In this document: positions 1 to 10,548 of the stretch, piece by piece | Layout of the letters: every line of letters begins with the position of its first letter | Numbering within the stretch: the first letter of the stretch is position 1 | Assembly: GCA_041661745.1 (NCBI GenBank) | Contig: JBAZTR010000001.1 | Span: 300,306-364,305, forward strand | Direction of reading: 5' to 3' | DNA from: Patescibacteria group bacterium | GTDB taxonomy: Bacteria > Patescibacteriota > Patescibacteriia > UBA9934 > GWF2-40-263 | DNA length: 64,000 nucleotides | Notes under the pieces: model-generated | What the model was told of the DNA's origin: nothing | The model's input: only the letters and a program-made list of their open reading frames with translations | Database searches by the model: none | Program-made: the position numbers and the translations under genes

Positions 1-539
1 GGGCCGTAATTATTGGAACAGTTGGAAATAGTTACCGGCAAACCGTAAGTAATATGATACGCCCGAACTAAATGATCGGCCGCGGCTTTTGAAGCCGAAT
101 ACGGATTGCACGGACGATATGGTGATTCCTCGTTGGTCGAAGGAGCGTCAAGAGTTAAGGCACCGAAGACTTCGTCGGTTGAAACATAATGGAAACGTTT
201 TAAACCATTATGTCGAGCGGCTTCTAAAAGAACTTGTGTTCCCAAAACATTGGTTTTAATAAATTCGCTTGAATCCATAACCGAACGATCAACGTGCGTC
301 TCGGCGGCAAAGTGAACAACCGTGTCAGTATCTTTAACCAGGTTAAAAACCAAATCACGATCGCAAATATCGCCCTTAACAAATTTTATTTTGTCCATGG
401 CCGCCTCAAGGTTACGCAAATTGCCGGCGTAAGTAAGTTTATCTAAAACTACCACCTCGTCTTCGGGGTGATTCTTTAACCAATAATGAACGAAGTTAGA
501 ACCAATGAACCCGGCCCCTCCGGTAACTAAAAGTTTCAT
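1..539 (-). CDS. rfbB: dTDP-glucose 4,6-dehydratase (N-terminal part; C-terminus lies outside the window)
   Basis: Reverse translation gives MKLLVTGGAGFIGSNFVHYWL...GDICD...STDEVFG...YSASKAAADHLV...NCSNNYGP, the Rossmann GxxGxxG and YxxxK motifs of RfbB-type SDRs. ATG at 537-539. Confidence 0.8.
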   Translation of the reverse strand, partial: MKLLVTGGAGFIGSNFVHYWLKNHPEDEVVVLDKLTYAGNLRNLEAAMDKIKFVKGDICDRDLVFNLVKDTDTVVHFAAETHVDRSVMDSSEFIKTNVLGTQVLLEAARHNGLKRFHYVSTDEVFGALTLDAPSTNEESPYRPCNPYSASKAAADHLVRAYHITYGLPVTISNCSNNYG

Positions 540-565
540 ATCTTTAAAAACAGTTTTAAACGATC

Positions 566-970
566 CTAAATCAAGCGTCTAATCTTTTCGGAAACATCGG
601 CTAAGCTGTCCTCGGAATTTTTGTCGCGACTCCATGGTTCAAAACCATCATTGGTGTAACGTGGAATAATGTGAAAATGCGTGTGAAAAACCACCTGACC
701 GGCGGCATGGCCAACATTACAGTGAACGTTACAGCCGGGCGCCCCAACGCTTTGCATAATGGCCGGAGCGATTCTTCTAATCACACTAACCAAGGCATGC
801 ACGTCATCGCTATCGGTTTCCAAAAGATGATCAGCGTGTTTTTTTGTAGCAATTACGGTGTGGCCCGGGTTAAGTGGTTTAATGTCCAAAAAGGCCAAAA
901 TTCGTTCATCCTCATAAATTTTGTGGCACGGCACTTGACCAGCGACAATCTCGCAAAAAAGACAGTTCAT
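566..970 (-). CDS. HIT-family (histidine triad) nucleotide hydrolase
   Basis: 134 aa; HTHFHIIPR histidine-triad motif and a CxxC-containing N-terminus typical of the HinT/HIT family. Confidence 0.8.
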   Translation of the reverse strand: MNCLFCEIVAGQVPCHKIYEDERILAFLDIKPLNPGHTVIATKKHADHLLETDSDDVHALVSVIRRIAPAIMQSVGAPGCNVHCNVGHAAGQVVFHTHFHIIPRYTNDGFEPWSRDKNSEDSLADVSEKIRRLI

Positions 971-1002
971 ATTTTTATTGGATTAACCCGCCTTGGTCCA
1001 AA

Positions 1003-1431
1003 CTAACGGGGCCTTGGCGAGGCTAGAAGATATATTACTAATAATGGCACGACTAAAGCAAGCGGTAAAACTAAAACCAAAAAGTCACTTAAATTAGCCC
1101 GAAATTGCCACACGACAAAAACGCCGGCTAAACCAAAGATAAACGCTGATAAAAATTGTAAAATTTTATTTTCCTTTCTTTCTTTTACCACGCCAGCCCA
1201 CCAGATTCCGGACACAATGGCCACCAGTAAAAACCAATGAATAGAAAAAGTATTGGAAACAAAACCCGGGCGAAACAAATCAAAAGCCAAAAAAACAAAA
1301 AAAGAAACAACCGTCGTCAAAAAAATAGTGCGGGTTAAAATTTCTAAAACCGAAAATTTTTCTTGATGCTTAAAAAACATAATCAAAAACTTTTTTAACC
1401 AATTCGCTAAAAGTGGTGGGCTGGCGAACAA
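1003..1431 (-). CDS. small integral membrane protein, function unknown
   Basis: 142 aa, four predicted TM helices, low-GC host codon usage. Confidence 0.4.
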   Translation of the reverse strand: MFASPPLLANWLKKFLIMFFKHQEKFSVLEILTRTIFLTTVVSFFVFLAFDLFRPGFVSNTFSIHWFLLVAIVSGIWWAGVVKERKENKILQFLSAFIFGLAGVFVVWQFRANLSDFLVLVLPLALVVPLLVIYLLASPRPR

Positions 1432-2833
1432 ATTTAATCTTAATGGAATTTAGTAGCAGTTCCCGATCAGATTGATTAACGGTCGGAGCGGAAATGGCTA
1501 ACTTCCAGGTTTGATCGACAAACGGCACGTTGGCCGTAGGAAAGGTTGCGGTAGCCACCAGCCACTCCCCGGCACGTTCAGGCGGTGTATAGTCGGCAAT
1601 AATATAGTTGACGCCGGCCCGATCAAGGTCGGTCTCCGCGGTTAAATGAAGCGGGTCAGGATTAAAAAATTGCGAATAAGAAAAAGCAAAGTGACCGTCG
1701 GCACGAATAAGCAAATCCTCGGCCGCGGGAACGCGGCCGGCCACCACCCCGGTTTCCGGCGGCGCATAAGAATATTCCAAATACGGTTGGGTTATAGCCA
1801 CTGTCCCCCGACCAACCGAAACCGTTTGTGCTCCGGTGGCGTGACGAGTGGAAAGTTTTAAATTTTTTCCTTCAGTCCAAAAATTTACCGTCGGCGCGGT
1901 GGCCAAATAACCAACCGTATCAGCCAACCAGATCTGATTTAAAAAAGTCATTTTTTGTTGAGAAGTGGAAATGGCTCGAAAAAAAATGTCCTCCGTTGCT
2001 TTCATTTGAACTTTGTAAACACCTTCCGATAAATTTGGGACGGAAACTATCAGAGTTTGCAATGATGAAGCCGAACTATTGTTGGTGGTATTACCGTCGT
2101 CATAAGCGCGTTCTTCGGCCACCGGTTGCCCAGCTTCGTTTGTCACGACAATATCGACCCAATCTTCACCAACTTGGCGATTGGTGTCGGAAAAAGAAAA
2201 TTTAAAATTTAATGTCTCATTTTTAATATAAGTATAAAACTCATGCGAGCCGCGCAAAGAAACATTGGTCGATTTTAATTCAAAAGACGGCACGTAGTCG
2301 GATAGCCGATATGGCCGAGCCAAATCATAATGATAGATGGCAATTTCCGATAAAGCCGGCGGGTTGGCTAAAAAAGAGGCAAGCGTTTCATAATTTTTCT
2401 GACGCTGCAACAAAATCGTGTCATCAATGGAAATTTTATTCCAAAGCGAATTATCGATAATTAAATTTTGCAACGGTTCAAGTTGATAAGCCCCGGTGGT
2501 GGCGTCGGCCAACAGGCCAGCCTCGACAATTGGGGTATTTTTATTTTTAAAACGATATTCGACAACAATGGAATCAAACGAGCGTTGCGGATGGACAAAA
2601 AAGAATACCGGATCACCAATAATTTTCTGAACCCAGTTGCCGTCACTTTCCTGAAAAGTTTCTTCGACCCGGGCATCAGGCAAAAGGCGATCAAGGTACG
2701 GCGAGCTTTCATTAACATTTCGTGAAGTGACAAAAACCCCGCTGGGCACAACGGCAATATTAAACAGCCAGAAAAACAACCCACAAGGAATGAGAATTAT
2801 AACTACTTGAATAATGCGAGCGAAAATTTTCAT
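1370..2833 (-). CDS. hypothetical secreted or membrane-anchored protein
   Basis: 487-aa ORF with an N-terminal hydrophobic segment. It overlaps the downstream ORF by ~60 nt, so the true start may be internal. Confidence 0.45.
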   Translation of the reverse strand: MKIFARIIQVVIILIPCGLFFWLFNIAVVPSGVFVTSRNVNESSPYLDRLLPDARVEETFQESDGNWVQKIIGDPVFFFVHPQRSFDSIVVEYRFKNKNTPIVEAGLLADATTGAYQLEPLQNLIIDNSLWNKISIDDTILLQRQKNYETLASFLANPPALSEIAIYHYDLARPYRLSDYVPSFELKSTNVSLRGSHEFYTYIKNETLNFKFSFSDTNRQVGEDWVDIVVTNEAGQPVAEERAYDDGNTTNNSSASSLQTLIVSVPNLSEGVYKVQMKATEDIFFRAISTSQQKMTFLNQIWLADTVGYLATAPTVNFWTEGKNLKLSTRHATGAQTVSVGRGTVAITQPYLEYSYAPPETGVVAGRVPAAEDLLIRADGHFAFSYSQFFNPDPLHLTAETDLDRAGVNYIIADYTPPERAGEWLVATATFPTANVPFVDQTWKLAISAPTVNQSDRELLLNSIKIKFVRQPTTFSELVKKVFDYVF

Positions 2834-4452
2834 GGTAAAAGAGTAAAACGATATAACGATTCGCTTCCCAAGGTTTCCACCAAATCGATTCGTAATTTTG
2901 CGGCCGCTAATTTCTGATTATTTAAATAATCTAAATCAATTTGTGGCAAAGTTACCCCGTAATAGTATAAAGGAGCGATTGTAATAATTTGCGGCAACAA
3001 GGCGTAGGTCGTTTCGTCGCGCAAGTAATAACGAATCACCCGATCGGGAAAAAACAATTTGTCGCCGCGCTCCGTAACAATCACCGCATTATCTTCGGTT
3101 AAAGTAAGAACGCGTTCACGAACAACTTCAGCTTCAATCAAACGTTCGCGGGTCGGCCACAAAGCATCAACCGAAGAAAAAAAGACGATATTAATGCTAA
3201 GGGCGAGAATAGCCAAAAAACAAACAACCGGAATAAACTTTTTAGTTTTTTCCGCTAGCTTAGTCAAAACCACGGCCACCAACGGGGTAATGGCGACAAA
3301 CAACGGCAACCAATAGCGCGAATAAGAATTACCAATAGTTATAGCCGACAAATCAGGATTATCATGAATGGCCGAAGAACCGTAAACAATAACCAAAATT
3401 GCCGCCGTCAAAAATAATCCCAATAAAGGCCATAAAAATCTACGTCTGGTTTTTTCTTGCCAAAGTAAAAGGCCGGCCCCGACCAAAGCTGGAATGGTTA
3501 ACCACCAAAACATGAGCAAACCATAATTCCAAACATTGTGCCACATGGCCCGTGGATGCAACCCGAATGGTAAATAAACTGATAAATGGTCGCGTGCCGT
3601 CATAAGCCAAGACTGTTCGACGGCAACATTATTGTTAGCTGGCGCGCTAAACGTAACAATACTGGGTGAGGCAACAGTATAACCGGTAACAAAATAATTA
3701 CCGTACATAGCCTTATTTACAAACAAAAGCGGCAAAACCACGACAAATAAACCAAGACCGAAAGCGGCTATGGTCGACCACGAAACTTTTTTTCGCGCGA
3801 CTACCCACGCAAGGAACAAAATTGGCCCAAGCCAAAAAATTTCTGAAGTTCTGATCCACAAGGCCCCGCCGAAAGTTAAACCGGCCAAAAGGAAATCGCC
3901 CCAACGGTTGTTTGAAAAAATTTTTAAACACGGTCGAGTTACCAAGAAGTAAAGCGAAAAAATCAAAAAAGAAACAAGTAAAACATTCGGCATAAGTGGC
4001 CGACCAGACCAATACCACCAAGCCGGCGTAACCAATAAAAGCAGGGCGGAAAAAAGACCAATTCGCCGATCAAAAATTTTAGTCCAAAGCGTGTACCAAG
4101 CAACCACAGCTAAAAAAGAAAAAAGCGGCGTCCAAAAAGTCGTTGACCAAAAACCAAAAATCTTAATCAGCATGCCGAAAAGCAAAGGCAAGCCTAAAAA
4201 TCCAATCGGTAAAAGACGGCCGTCAACAGCAACTGTGCCGCGCGGATAGAAAAAATCACCTAAGACGCTGTTAAAAGGCTCGAAGGAATACAAGTGCCCT
4301 TGGACAGAAAAAGTCTCGGAAAAAAAAGCGTTGGCGGTTTCATCGGGCGAAACAAAAGTTGAACCAACAAAAGACAAAATCTGCGTGGAAATTAAAAAAA
4401 CCAAACCGGCCACGCCTAAAATTAGCAGATCCCGTCTGGTTTCAGATGCCAT
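2830..4452 (-). CDS. polytopic GT-C-type membrane glycosyltransferase (ArnT/PMT-like)
   Basis: 540 aa, about 12 TM helices in the N-terminal two-thirds plus a C-terminal soluble domain. Its position in a glycosyltransferase-rich neighbourhood fits the ArnT/PMT architecture. Confidence 0.5.
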   Translation of the reverse strand: MASETRRDLLILGVAGLVFLISTQILSFVGSTFVSPDETANAFFSETFSVQGHLYSFEPFNSVLGDFFYPRGTVAVDGRLLPIGFLGLPLLFGMLIKIFGFWSTTFWTPLFSFLAVVAWYTLWTKIFDRRIGLFSALLLLVTPAWWYWSGRPLMPNVLLVSFLIFSLYFLVTRPCLKIFSNNRWGDFLLAGLTFGGALWIRTSEIFWLGPILFLAWVVARKKVSWSTIAAFGLGLFVVVLPLLFVNKAMYGNYFVTGYTVASPSIVTFSAPANNNVAVEQSWLMTARDHLSVYLPFGLHPRAMWHNVWNYGLLMFWWLTIPALVGAGLLLWQEKTRRRFLWPLLGLFLTAAILVIVYGSSAIHDNPDLSAITIGNSYSRYWLPLFVAITPLVAVVLTKLAEKTKKFIPVVCFLAILALSINIVFFSSVDALWPTRERLIEAEVVRERVLTLTEDNAVIVTERGDKLFFPDRVIRYYLRDETTYALLPQIITIAPLYYYGVTLPQIDLDYLNNQKLAAAKLRIDLVETLGSESLYRFTLLP

Positions 4453-5062
4453 AGGAAAGCAAACTCAAAATTGCAAAAAGAATCGCCAAAGTAAAAGTTC
4501 CGACCGAGACACTTTTAAACAAATCAAAATCCGCCCACAACGAAATCAACAAAAACATTACCCCGGCAACCTGCAGAATCATTTTAATTTTTCCAAAGAC
4601 ATTGGCGCTTACGAAAGACCCTTTGTATTTACGAAAAAAAGCGCCGGCAATTATAACCACTTCAAAAAAAACGATTAAAAGTCCAAAATATAAACCAATG
4701 TACTTGATGACAAATAAAAGAACAACTAAACCAATCAATAATTTATCGACCACTGGATCAGCCAAGGTTCCCCAGGCGGTTATTTGCCTTCGCGTCCGGG
4801 CGAGTGAGCCATCGACAGCATCGGTAAAAGCCGCGGCAAAAAACAACGGAACGCCAATAGCGTATTGCTCTGTAATCAAAAACCACAAAACAAAAGGCGT
4901 CAAAACCAAACGCAAAATAGTTATGTGGTTAGGAAGAACAAATTTTGGAATGAGTTTTAAAATCGTGGCGGCCATTAAACGGTCGTGCAGAAACAACCGA
5001 TACGGATCACGTTCGGCTTTTGGGTGAAACTTCTTTAAAAAATCAACTATTCGCGAAAACAT
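4442..5062 (-). CDS. CDP-alcohol phosphatidyltransferase family protein
   Basis: Motif AAAFTDAVDGSLAR-x8-G-x3-D-x3-D matches the D(x)2DG(x)2AR(x)8G(x)3D(x)3D signature; multi-TM. Confidence 0.75.
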   Translation of the reverse strand: MFSRIVDFLKKFHPKAERDPYRLFLHDRLMAATILKLIPKFVLPNHITILRLVLTPFVLWFLITEQYAIGVPLFFAAAFTDAVDGSLARTRRQITAWGTLADPVVDKLLIGLVVLLFVIKYIGLYFGLLIVFFEVVIIAGAFFRKYKGSFVSANVFGKIKMILQVAGVMFLLISLWADFDLFKSVSVGTFTLAILFAILSLLSYGI

Positions 5063-5079
5063 GGTATTATATTTAGCGT

Positions 5080-7203
5080 ATGTTTCGCCTTTTAACCAAT
5101 GCCAAGTTTACCATAATAAGCGTAATTTTTCTAGCTGTTTTCGTCGCTAACATCTTTGTCTTTAAAAATATTCCCGTTGGAGTAATTCTGCTTATAAGTT
5201 TTATTGCTATCACGGCGCCGCCATTTGGTCGGGCCGCGGCGCCAAAAGAAGCCCGCTTGGCCCAATTCGTCTTTGGTTTTTTCTCCCTACTTTCCCTTAT
5301 CGCCATCATTGGCTCAGGCTTTTATTATCTGGCGGAGTTTACAGCCCCGGTCGCCATAACACTGGTTTTGCTAATTCCCTCGTTAGTTTGGTTAATTGAA
5401 AAAAGGGCCGGCCGCACAGCCATTCCGGCCGGAGCAAAACATAATCCTTGGGCCGAACCATTACAACAATCGCAAAAAATCGGGGCAGCCGTGGCCGTTG
5501 TTCTGGTTTTACTTGCCACAACCGTCTCGCTTGTTATAAAAGCCGCTACAGAAACCGCTGTTCGTTCGCCGTGGGAAGTAGTTACACCAAGCGTATTCAT
5601 TACCTTTGGCCTGGCGGCAATTCTCCTTACTGCCCTTCTAGTTCGCGGTCGGGAACGAATTTTAACCTTACCGCTTGTTTCAGCTGCCCTTTTTGTTTTT
5701 CTCTCCATCGCTTTATTTGTTTTCCCGCTTGGTTACGGTTTTGACTCGTTTATTCACCAGGCTACCGAAAGTCATATTGCCGAATTTGGTACCATCACTC
5801 CAAAACCTTTTTACTATATCGGCCAATATTCCATTGTTCTTTTTCTTTATCACGCTTTCCTGGTACCAATTGACTTGGCCGATAAAATTCTTGTGCCACT
5901 TCTCGCCGCCTTATTACTACCTATGGCTTGGTTTTCGGCCGCTGCCCACCTTTTAAAAGAAAAAAGAAGTGCTGCCCAGTCTTTAATTCCGATCTTTCTG
6001 ATTCCTCTTTCATCTTTCATTGTTACCACACCACAAGGTCTGGGTAACCTTTGGTTTTTTATTTTAGTCCTTTTGGCGGCTCCGCGGCTTATGGACCGAG
6101 AAAGTTTGCCCATTTGGCCCTTGGCCTTAAGTGCTTTGGCCACCCTACTTATTCACCCGATTGCCGGCATTCCTGCCGTTCTATTCCTGGCCCTTTTAGC
6201 CGCCAATCCAAATGAGCCAAAACAAAAAAACCCGACTTTAGCTCGAGTATTCTCTTGGATAATTATTTTATTCGGCTGTTTTGCTCTACCTATTACCTTT
6301 GTCGTAAATAACCTACGCTCTGGTCAAGGCTTGGGGTTTGATTTCTCGGCTTTATCCCCATTGGTACTTGTCCACAACCTGCGCCTCGATTTGTTTTTTG
6401 AAAACCGCTTTTCGCCAATCCTGGACTTTGTCTATTTATTCGGTTGGAATCAAATAATTCTCTTAATCATTGGCGCGGTTATCGGCATGGTCTGGGCTCG
6501 ACGAACAATTTTAAAAAACCTTCGCGTTTATTTGGCCATGGCCGCAATTTTATTTATTAATTTTCTGGTCATAAAATCAGCCATTGATTTTTCTTTTCTA
6601 ATTGATTACGAACGCGGCAATTATGCCGACCGTTTGGTACCGCTGGCTATTTTCTGTTTGGTTCCCTTCCTTATTATTTTGGCCGGACGAACTTTAACTA
6701 CTCTGCGAGAAAAACCTTTTGTTTTACAAGCTGGAGCTGTCATCTTTTTGGCTGCGCTAATCACCTCGGCTTTTTACCTAAATTACCCGCGCCAGGATGC
6801 TTACGAAACCAGCCACGGTTATAATGTCAGTCGAGCCGATGTTTCCGCGACCATGGATATTGATCGCGACGCCGCCGGAATTGAATACGCTGTCTTAGCT
6901 AATCAGTCGGCCGCCGCGGCCGCCATTCGCGAATTCGGCTTTGCTCATTACTACGGCGAACAATTTTATTATCCCATTCCAACCGGTGGAACTTTGTATC
7001 AACTTTTTCTTAAAATGAACGAAGCTCCAACAAAAACCACGGCCTTGGCGGCCATGGATTTACTGGGGATCGAACGAATTTATTACTTGGTCAGTGATTA
7101 TTGGTGGCAGGCTGATCGACTTCGTGAAACGGCCAAAACTAACGCTGATGACTGGTGGAGTGTTGAGAATGGAAAAGTAACAATTTTTGAATATAACCGT
7201 TAG
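5080..7203 (+). CDS. large polytopic membrane protein with a C-terminal soluble domain, function unknown
   Basis: 707 aa with more than 12 hydrophobic segments followed by a ~150-aa hydrophilic tail. No catalytic motif recognised. Confidence 0.5.
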   Translation: MFRLLTNAKFTIISVIFLAVFVANIFVFKNIPVGVILLISFIAITAPPFGRAAAPKEARLAQFVFGFFSLLSLIAIIGSGFYYLAEFTAPVAITLVLLIPSLVWLIEKRAGRTAIPAGAKHNPWAEPLQQSQKIGAAVAVVLVLLATTVSLVIKAATETAVRSPWEVVTPSVFITFGLAAILLTALLVRGRERILTLPLVSAALFVFLSIALFVFPLGYGFDSFIHQATESHIAEFGTITPKPFYYIGQYSIVLFLYHAFLVPIDLADKILVPLLAALLLPMAWFSAAAHLLKEKRSAAQSLIPIFLIPLSSFIVTTPQGLGNLWFFILVLLAAPRLMDRESLPIWPLALSALATLLIHPIAGIPAVLFLALLAANPNEPKQKNPTLARVFSWIIILFGCFALPITFVVNNLRSGQGLGFDFSALSPLVLVHNLRLDLFFENRFSPILDFVYLFGWNQIILLIIGAVIGMVWARRTILKNLRVYLAMAAILFINFLVIKSAIDFSFLIDYERGNYADRLVPLAIFCLVPFLIILAGRTLTTLREKPFVLQAGAVIFLAALITSAFYLNYPRQDAYETSHGYNVSRADVSATMDIDRDAAGIEYAVLANQSAAAAAIREFGFAHYYGEQFYYPIPTGGTLYQLFLKMNEAPTKTTALAAMDLLGIERIYYLVSDYWWQADRLRETAKTNADDWWSVENGKVTIFEYNR

Positions 7204-7865
7204 ACGGAAAAAACCGCCTCATCTGGTTCGGTTTTAACGGTAATTCTTTCTTTGGTAACTGGCTGATCAAAAGACAACGAAACCGCACACAAAGCAATAC
7301 GGCCACCATGTGGAATTGTGGAGCCGTATTTTTTGTCGCCAACAATTGGCGTCCCTAAAGACGACATGGCCACACGAATTTGGTGCGAACGACCGGTTTT
7401 CGGTTCAACCTCAATCAAGGAAAAAAATTTATGACCGCGCTTAATCGTATTGACCACATGATAAGCCAATTCGGCTTTTTGCGCTTCCGGCGCGGGATGA
7501 TCAAAAGCTTCGACAATGTTAGTCTGATGATTTTTTCGCAAATATTGAATAACCGTGCCGTCTTGTCTTTTAGGTTCGCCTTCAACCAAGGCCAAATATC
7601 TTTTCTCCACTTCGCGCGACATAAACTGCTCGGACAAACGCGAAGCCCCTTTGCTGGTTTTGGCAAACAACACCACCCCGCCAACCGGGCGATCAAGTCG
7701 GTGCACTAATCCTAAAAAAACATTACCAGGTTTATTATCACGAGCCTTGATAAAATCTTTGACCTCGTCCATGAGTGAACGATCGCCGGTTTCATCGCCC
7801 TGCGTTAAAAGACCATGGGGTTTTACCACGGCCAAACAATGATTATCTTCGTACAATATTTTCAC
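7200..7865 (-). CDS. RluA-family pseudouridine synthase
   Basis: LAVVKPHGLLTQ ... HRLDRPVGGVVLFAKT ... KRYLALVEG matches RluA-family motifs. The catalytic Asp lies in HRLD, but the usual TSG that follows is replaced here by PVGG. Confidence 0.7.
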   Translation of the reverse strand: MKILYEDNHCLAVVKPHGLLTQGDETGDRSLMDEVKDFIKARDNKPGNVFLGLVHRLDRPVGGVVLFAKTSKGASRLSEQFMSREVEKRYLALVEGEPKRQDGTVIQYLRKNHQTNIVEAFDHPAPEAQKAELAYHVVNTIKRGHKFFSLIEVEPKTGRSHQIRVAMSSLGTPIVGDKKYGSTIPHGGRIALCAVSLSFDQPVTKERITVKTEPDEAVFSV

Positions 7866-7868
7866 AAG

Positions 7869-9089
7869 TTACTTTTTTAAAATTTCTTTCATCATCTTTT
7901 CCAATTCGTCGACATAAGCTTTAAGCGAACAATTGGAAACTGAGTTGCGAATAATTTCTTCGCTCGCGCGAAACACCGGAAGTTCTTCGGACATTTTTTT
8001 AATAGCCTCGGCCAGCGCCTGAGCGTTACCCGGTTCAACCAGATAACCATTTTGCCCGTGTTTTAATAATTCGCCGATACCGCCAACATCGGAAGCAATA
8101 ACCGGAACGCCGCACTGCAGGCTTTCGTAAATTATCGTTGGAGAATTTTCAAAACATCGCGATGGCACAACGGTGGCGTCAACAATGGAAAAAAGGCGTT
8201 CCAAATCACCCAACGAAACATAACCATGATAAACAATGTCTGGATTCGTTTTACAACTTTCTTCAACCAACGAACGAAAAGTACCGTCGCCGGCAATATG
8301 AAGTTCAACCGGGACTTTGGATAATTTTACGGCTTCTAAGATTTCTTCGATTCCTTTATGACGTTCCAGTTGAGCGGCAAACAAAAGTCGCAACGGACCA
8401 GTTGGTTCGGCCCCGCCGCGCGCCGTACGGCGCGGGACCCCATGCATTTCCGGCGCGGGATTCCTTAACACCTTAACTTCGGTTCCTTTAAAAAAGCCGC
8501 GCTGACGATAAAAATCAGCTAAAAACTTTGACGGTGAAATAACTAAATTTGGTTTACCTATGGCTCGACGAACGGCTAATTCATATGGCCGGCGCAAAAA
8601 ATTTTCAAACGGCAGCATTGGCTCGCCATAAATTAATAAACCGCTTGGCACGGACAACTGAATATCGTGGACGGTATGAATAAAAGGAATACCAAGTTTT
8701 CGCATGGCCTGCGGCGCCTGCATTCCAAAACCTTTTAAATTATGGGTTAAAACTATTTCTACTCGTTCCGCTCGCAAAATACCGACAACTGCCTTGGTCG
8801 CGAATGGTGAAAAAAGATCAACGGCGTGCCAAACTGCCCTAAGCAGATAAGGTTTTTTATAATCATTAAGCACGTAATAAACATTCGGTGGAAAAAAACG
8901 ATAAACGGTTTCTGATAAACTTTCTTTTATTTGCGGAGAAAAAGCATTATAACCATAAAACGGCATGGTGGAAATTACCACCACTTCGTGACCGCGCTGT
9001 GACAATTCGCCCACAATGCGCTGGGCCACCTTTTCCGCGCCACCACGACTGATGGGCGGATATAGATTGGTTATAACGGCAATCTTCAT
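7869..9089 (-). CDS. glycosyltransferase family 4 (GT-B, retaining)
   Basis: C-terminal E-x7-E-like sugar-donor motif ENSPTIIYESLQCGVPVIASDVGGIGELL with an N-terminal GT4 domain. Confidence 0.75.
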   Translation of the reverse strand: MKIAVITNLYPPISRGGAEKVAQRIVGELSQRGHEVVVISTMPFYGYNAFSPQIKESLSETVYRFFPPNVYYVLNDYKKPYLLRAVWHAVDLFSPFATKAVVGILRAERVEIVLTHNLKGFGMQAPQAMRKLGIPFIHTVHDIQLSVPSGLLIYGEPMLPFENFLRRPYELAVRRAIGKPNLVISPSKFLADFYRQRGFFKGTEVKVLRNPAPEMHGVPRRTARGGAEPTGPLRLLFAAQLERHKGIEEILEAVKLSKVPVELHIAGDGTFRSLVEESCKTNPDIVYHGYVSLGDLERLFSIVDATVVPSRCFENSPTIIYESLQCGVPVIASDVGGIGELLKHGQNGYLVEPGNAQALAEAIKKMSEELPVFRASEEIIRNSVSNCSLKAYVDELEKMMKEILKK

Positions 9090-10219
9090 AAATCGGTAAG
9101 TTCACGATACACCCCTTCAAGCTTATCCATCAATGGGGTCCAGGCGAACTCATTTTCAGCTCGCCGACGAGCGGCTATACCAAAAAAACGGCGTAAACTG
9201 GCGTCGTCAAGCAGGCGAGCAATGGACGCTGTAAGTTCGGCCTGCCCTTCTGGCCTTACCAAAAGACCGGTTTCTTCATTTTTTACAACACTCCTTACGC
9301 CCGGCAAATCAGAGGCAATACACGGCAAACCGCTGGCGGCTGATTCCAGGGCCACCAAACCAAAAGCTTCGGAACGATCGATCGAAGGAAAAACATGAAT
9401 ATCCGCGGCCCGATAAGCGCGCGGTTTTTCTTCCTCGGAAATTGTCCCAAAAAATTTTATACGTTCACTTAAACCAGACATTCGTGCCTGAGCCATATAA
9501 CTCTCTTTCATTTCACCATCACCAATCACCAACAGTTGCCAAGTTTTTTCTTTAAGGTCAGCCAGGGCCTCGATTAAAACCGATAAACCCTTAAAATAAT
9601 GAGCCCGATCAAGCCCACCGATAAATAATAAAACCGGCGTTTCCAAAGAAAAATTCAAGGCGGCACGAAAAGCGTCGTCGCGGCCGGGATGGAAACGCTC
9701 AAGATCAATTCCAAAAGGCATGATGGCAATTTTGTTGGTGGCTCCGGAAATTTCGTGCAAAGCGCAAGTGTCGGCGTAATCACGCGAGCTGACTAAAATT
9801 TTATCCGCCCGTTCGACAATCCACGGCAAAATAGCCCGGCGGTGCATGTCAAAAAGCAAATTTTTTAAACCAGAACTTTTGTTGTCCATGTGATAAGTCA
9901 TGACAAGCGGCTGGTGTGGCTGAAGATACTTTCGGACAATTATTGGTTCGGCTCCGCCGAAAAAAGGATAATGCAAATGGACTAAATCAAAACCCTTTAA
10001 ACGATAAGCCAAGGACGGCACCACCCCGGCATTGCCCCAATGCATTGGTGAAGGAACGCGATGGACATATTCGGGGTCACCGACGGTTTTTTCGTAGCGC
10101 GGTGTAAAGACATGGACATTGTGGCCACGTGAACGCAATCGCTCGGTATATTCAAAAGCCACCGCGCCCATGCCGCCGCGATATGGCGGATAAGTTGAAA
10201 CCACCTGGGCAATCTTCAT
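9086..10219 (-). CDS. glycosyltransferase family 4
   Basis: SEAFGLVALESAASGLPCIASDLPGVRSVV motif. Its stop overlaps the upstream GT4 start by 4 nt (coupled operon). Confidence 0.75.
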   Translation of the reverse strand: MKIAQVVSTYPPYRGGMGAVAFEYTERLRSRGHNVHVFTPRYEKTVGDPEYVHRVPSPMHWGNAGVVPSLAYRLKGFDLVHLHYPFFGGAEPIIVRKYLQPHQPLVMTYHMDNKSSGLKNLLFDMHRRAILPWIVERADKILVSSRDYADTCALHEISGATNKIAIMPFGIDLERFHPGRDDAFRAALNFSLETPVLLFIGGLDRAHYFKGLSVLIEALADLKEKTWQLLVIGDGEMKESYMAQARMSGLSERIKFFGTISEEEKPRAYRAADIHVFPSIDRSEAFGLVALESAASGLPCIASDLPGVRSVVKNEETGLLVRPEGQAELTASIARLLDDASLRRFFGIAARRRAENEFAWTPLMDKLEGVYRELTDL

Positions 10220-10545
10220 ACTTTTTTATTTTGTTTTGTCACGGCTTCGTTTATTTTGGTTAAATTTTCTTCGATCTTTTCCAGTTTAATTCGCACACGA
10301 AAAATAAGATAAAACAAAACAGCAATAGCCAAATAAACAGCGACTTGAATGGCCGAAACCGAAAAACCGAACGAGGCTACCAATTGGTCCAACTGTTTTA
10401 AAAAAGCCACCAACACCAAAGACGCCACCCAAAAAACAAACCAAAAAATAAATTCACTGGTGGAAACCGCGCCTTTACGCTTTTGCCAATAAAGTTTGGC
10501 CAAGAAAAAAAGAATAATTACCGCCGCGACTAATAATTGTGCCAT
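10216..10545 (-). CDS. small two/three-TM membrane protein (DUF2304-like partner of the GT2 gene)
   Basis: 109 aa, hydrophobic, immediately downstream of a Dpm1-like GT2 gene; a common pairing. Confidence 0.4.
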   Translation of the reverse strand: MAQLLVAAVIILFFLAKLYWQKRKGAVSTSEFIFWFVFWVASLVLVAFLKQLDQLVASFGFSVSAIQVAVYLAIAVLFYLIFRVRIKLEKIEENLTKINEAVTKQNKKV

Positions 10546-10548
10546 ATC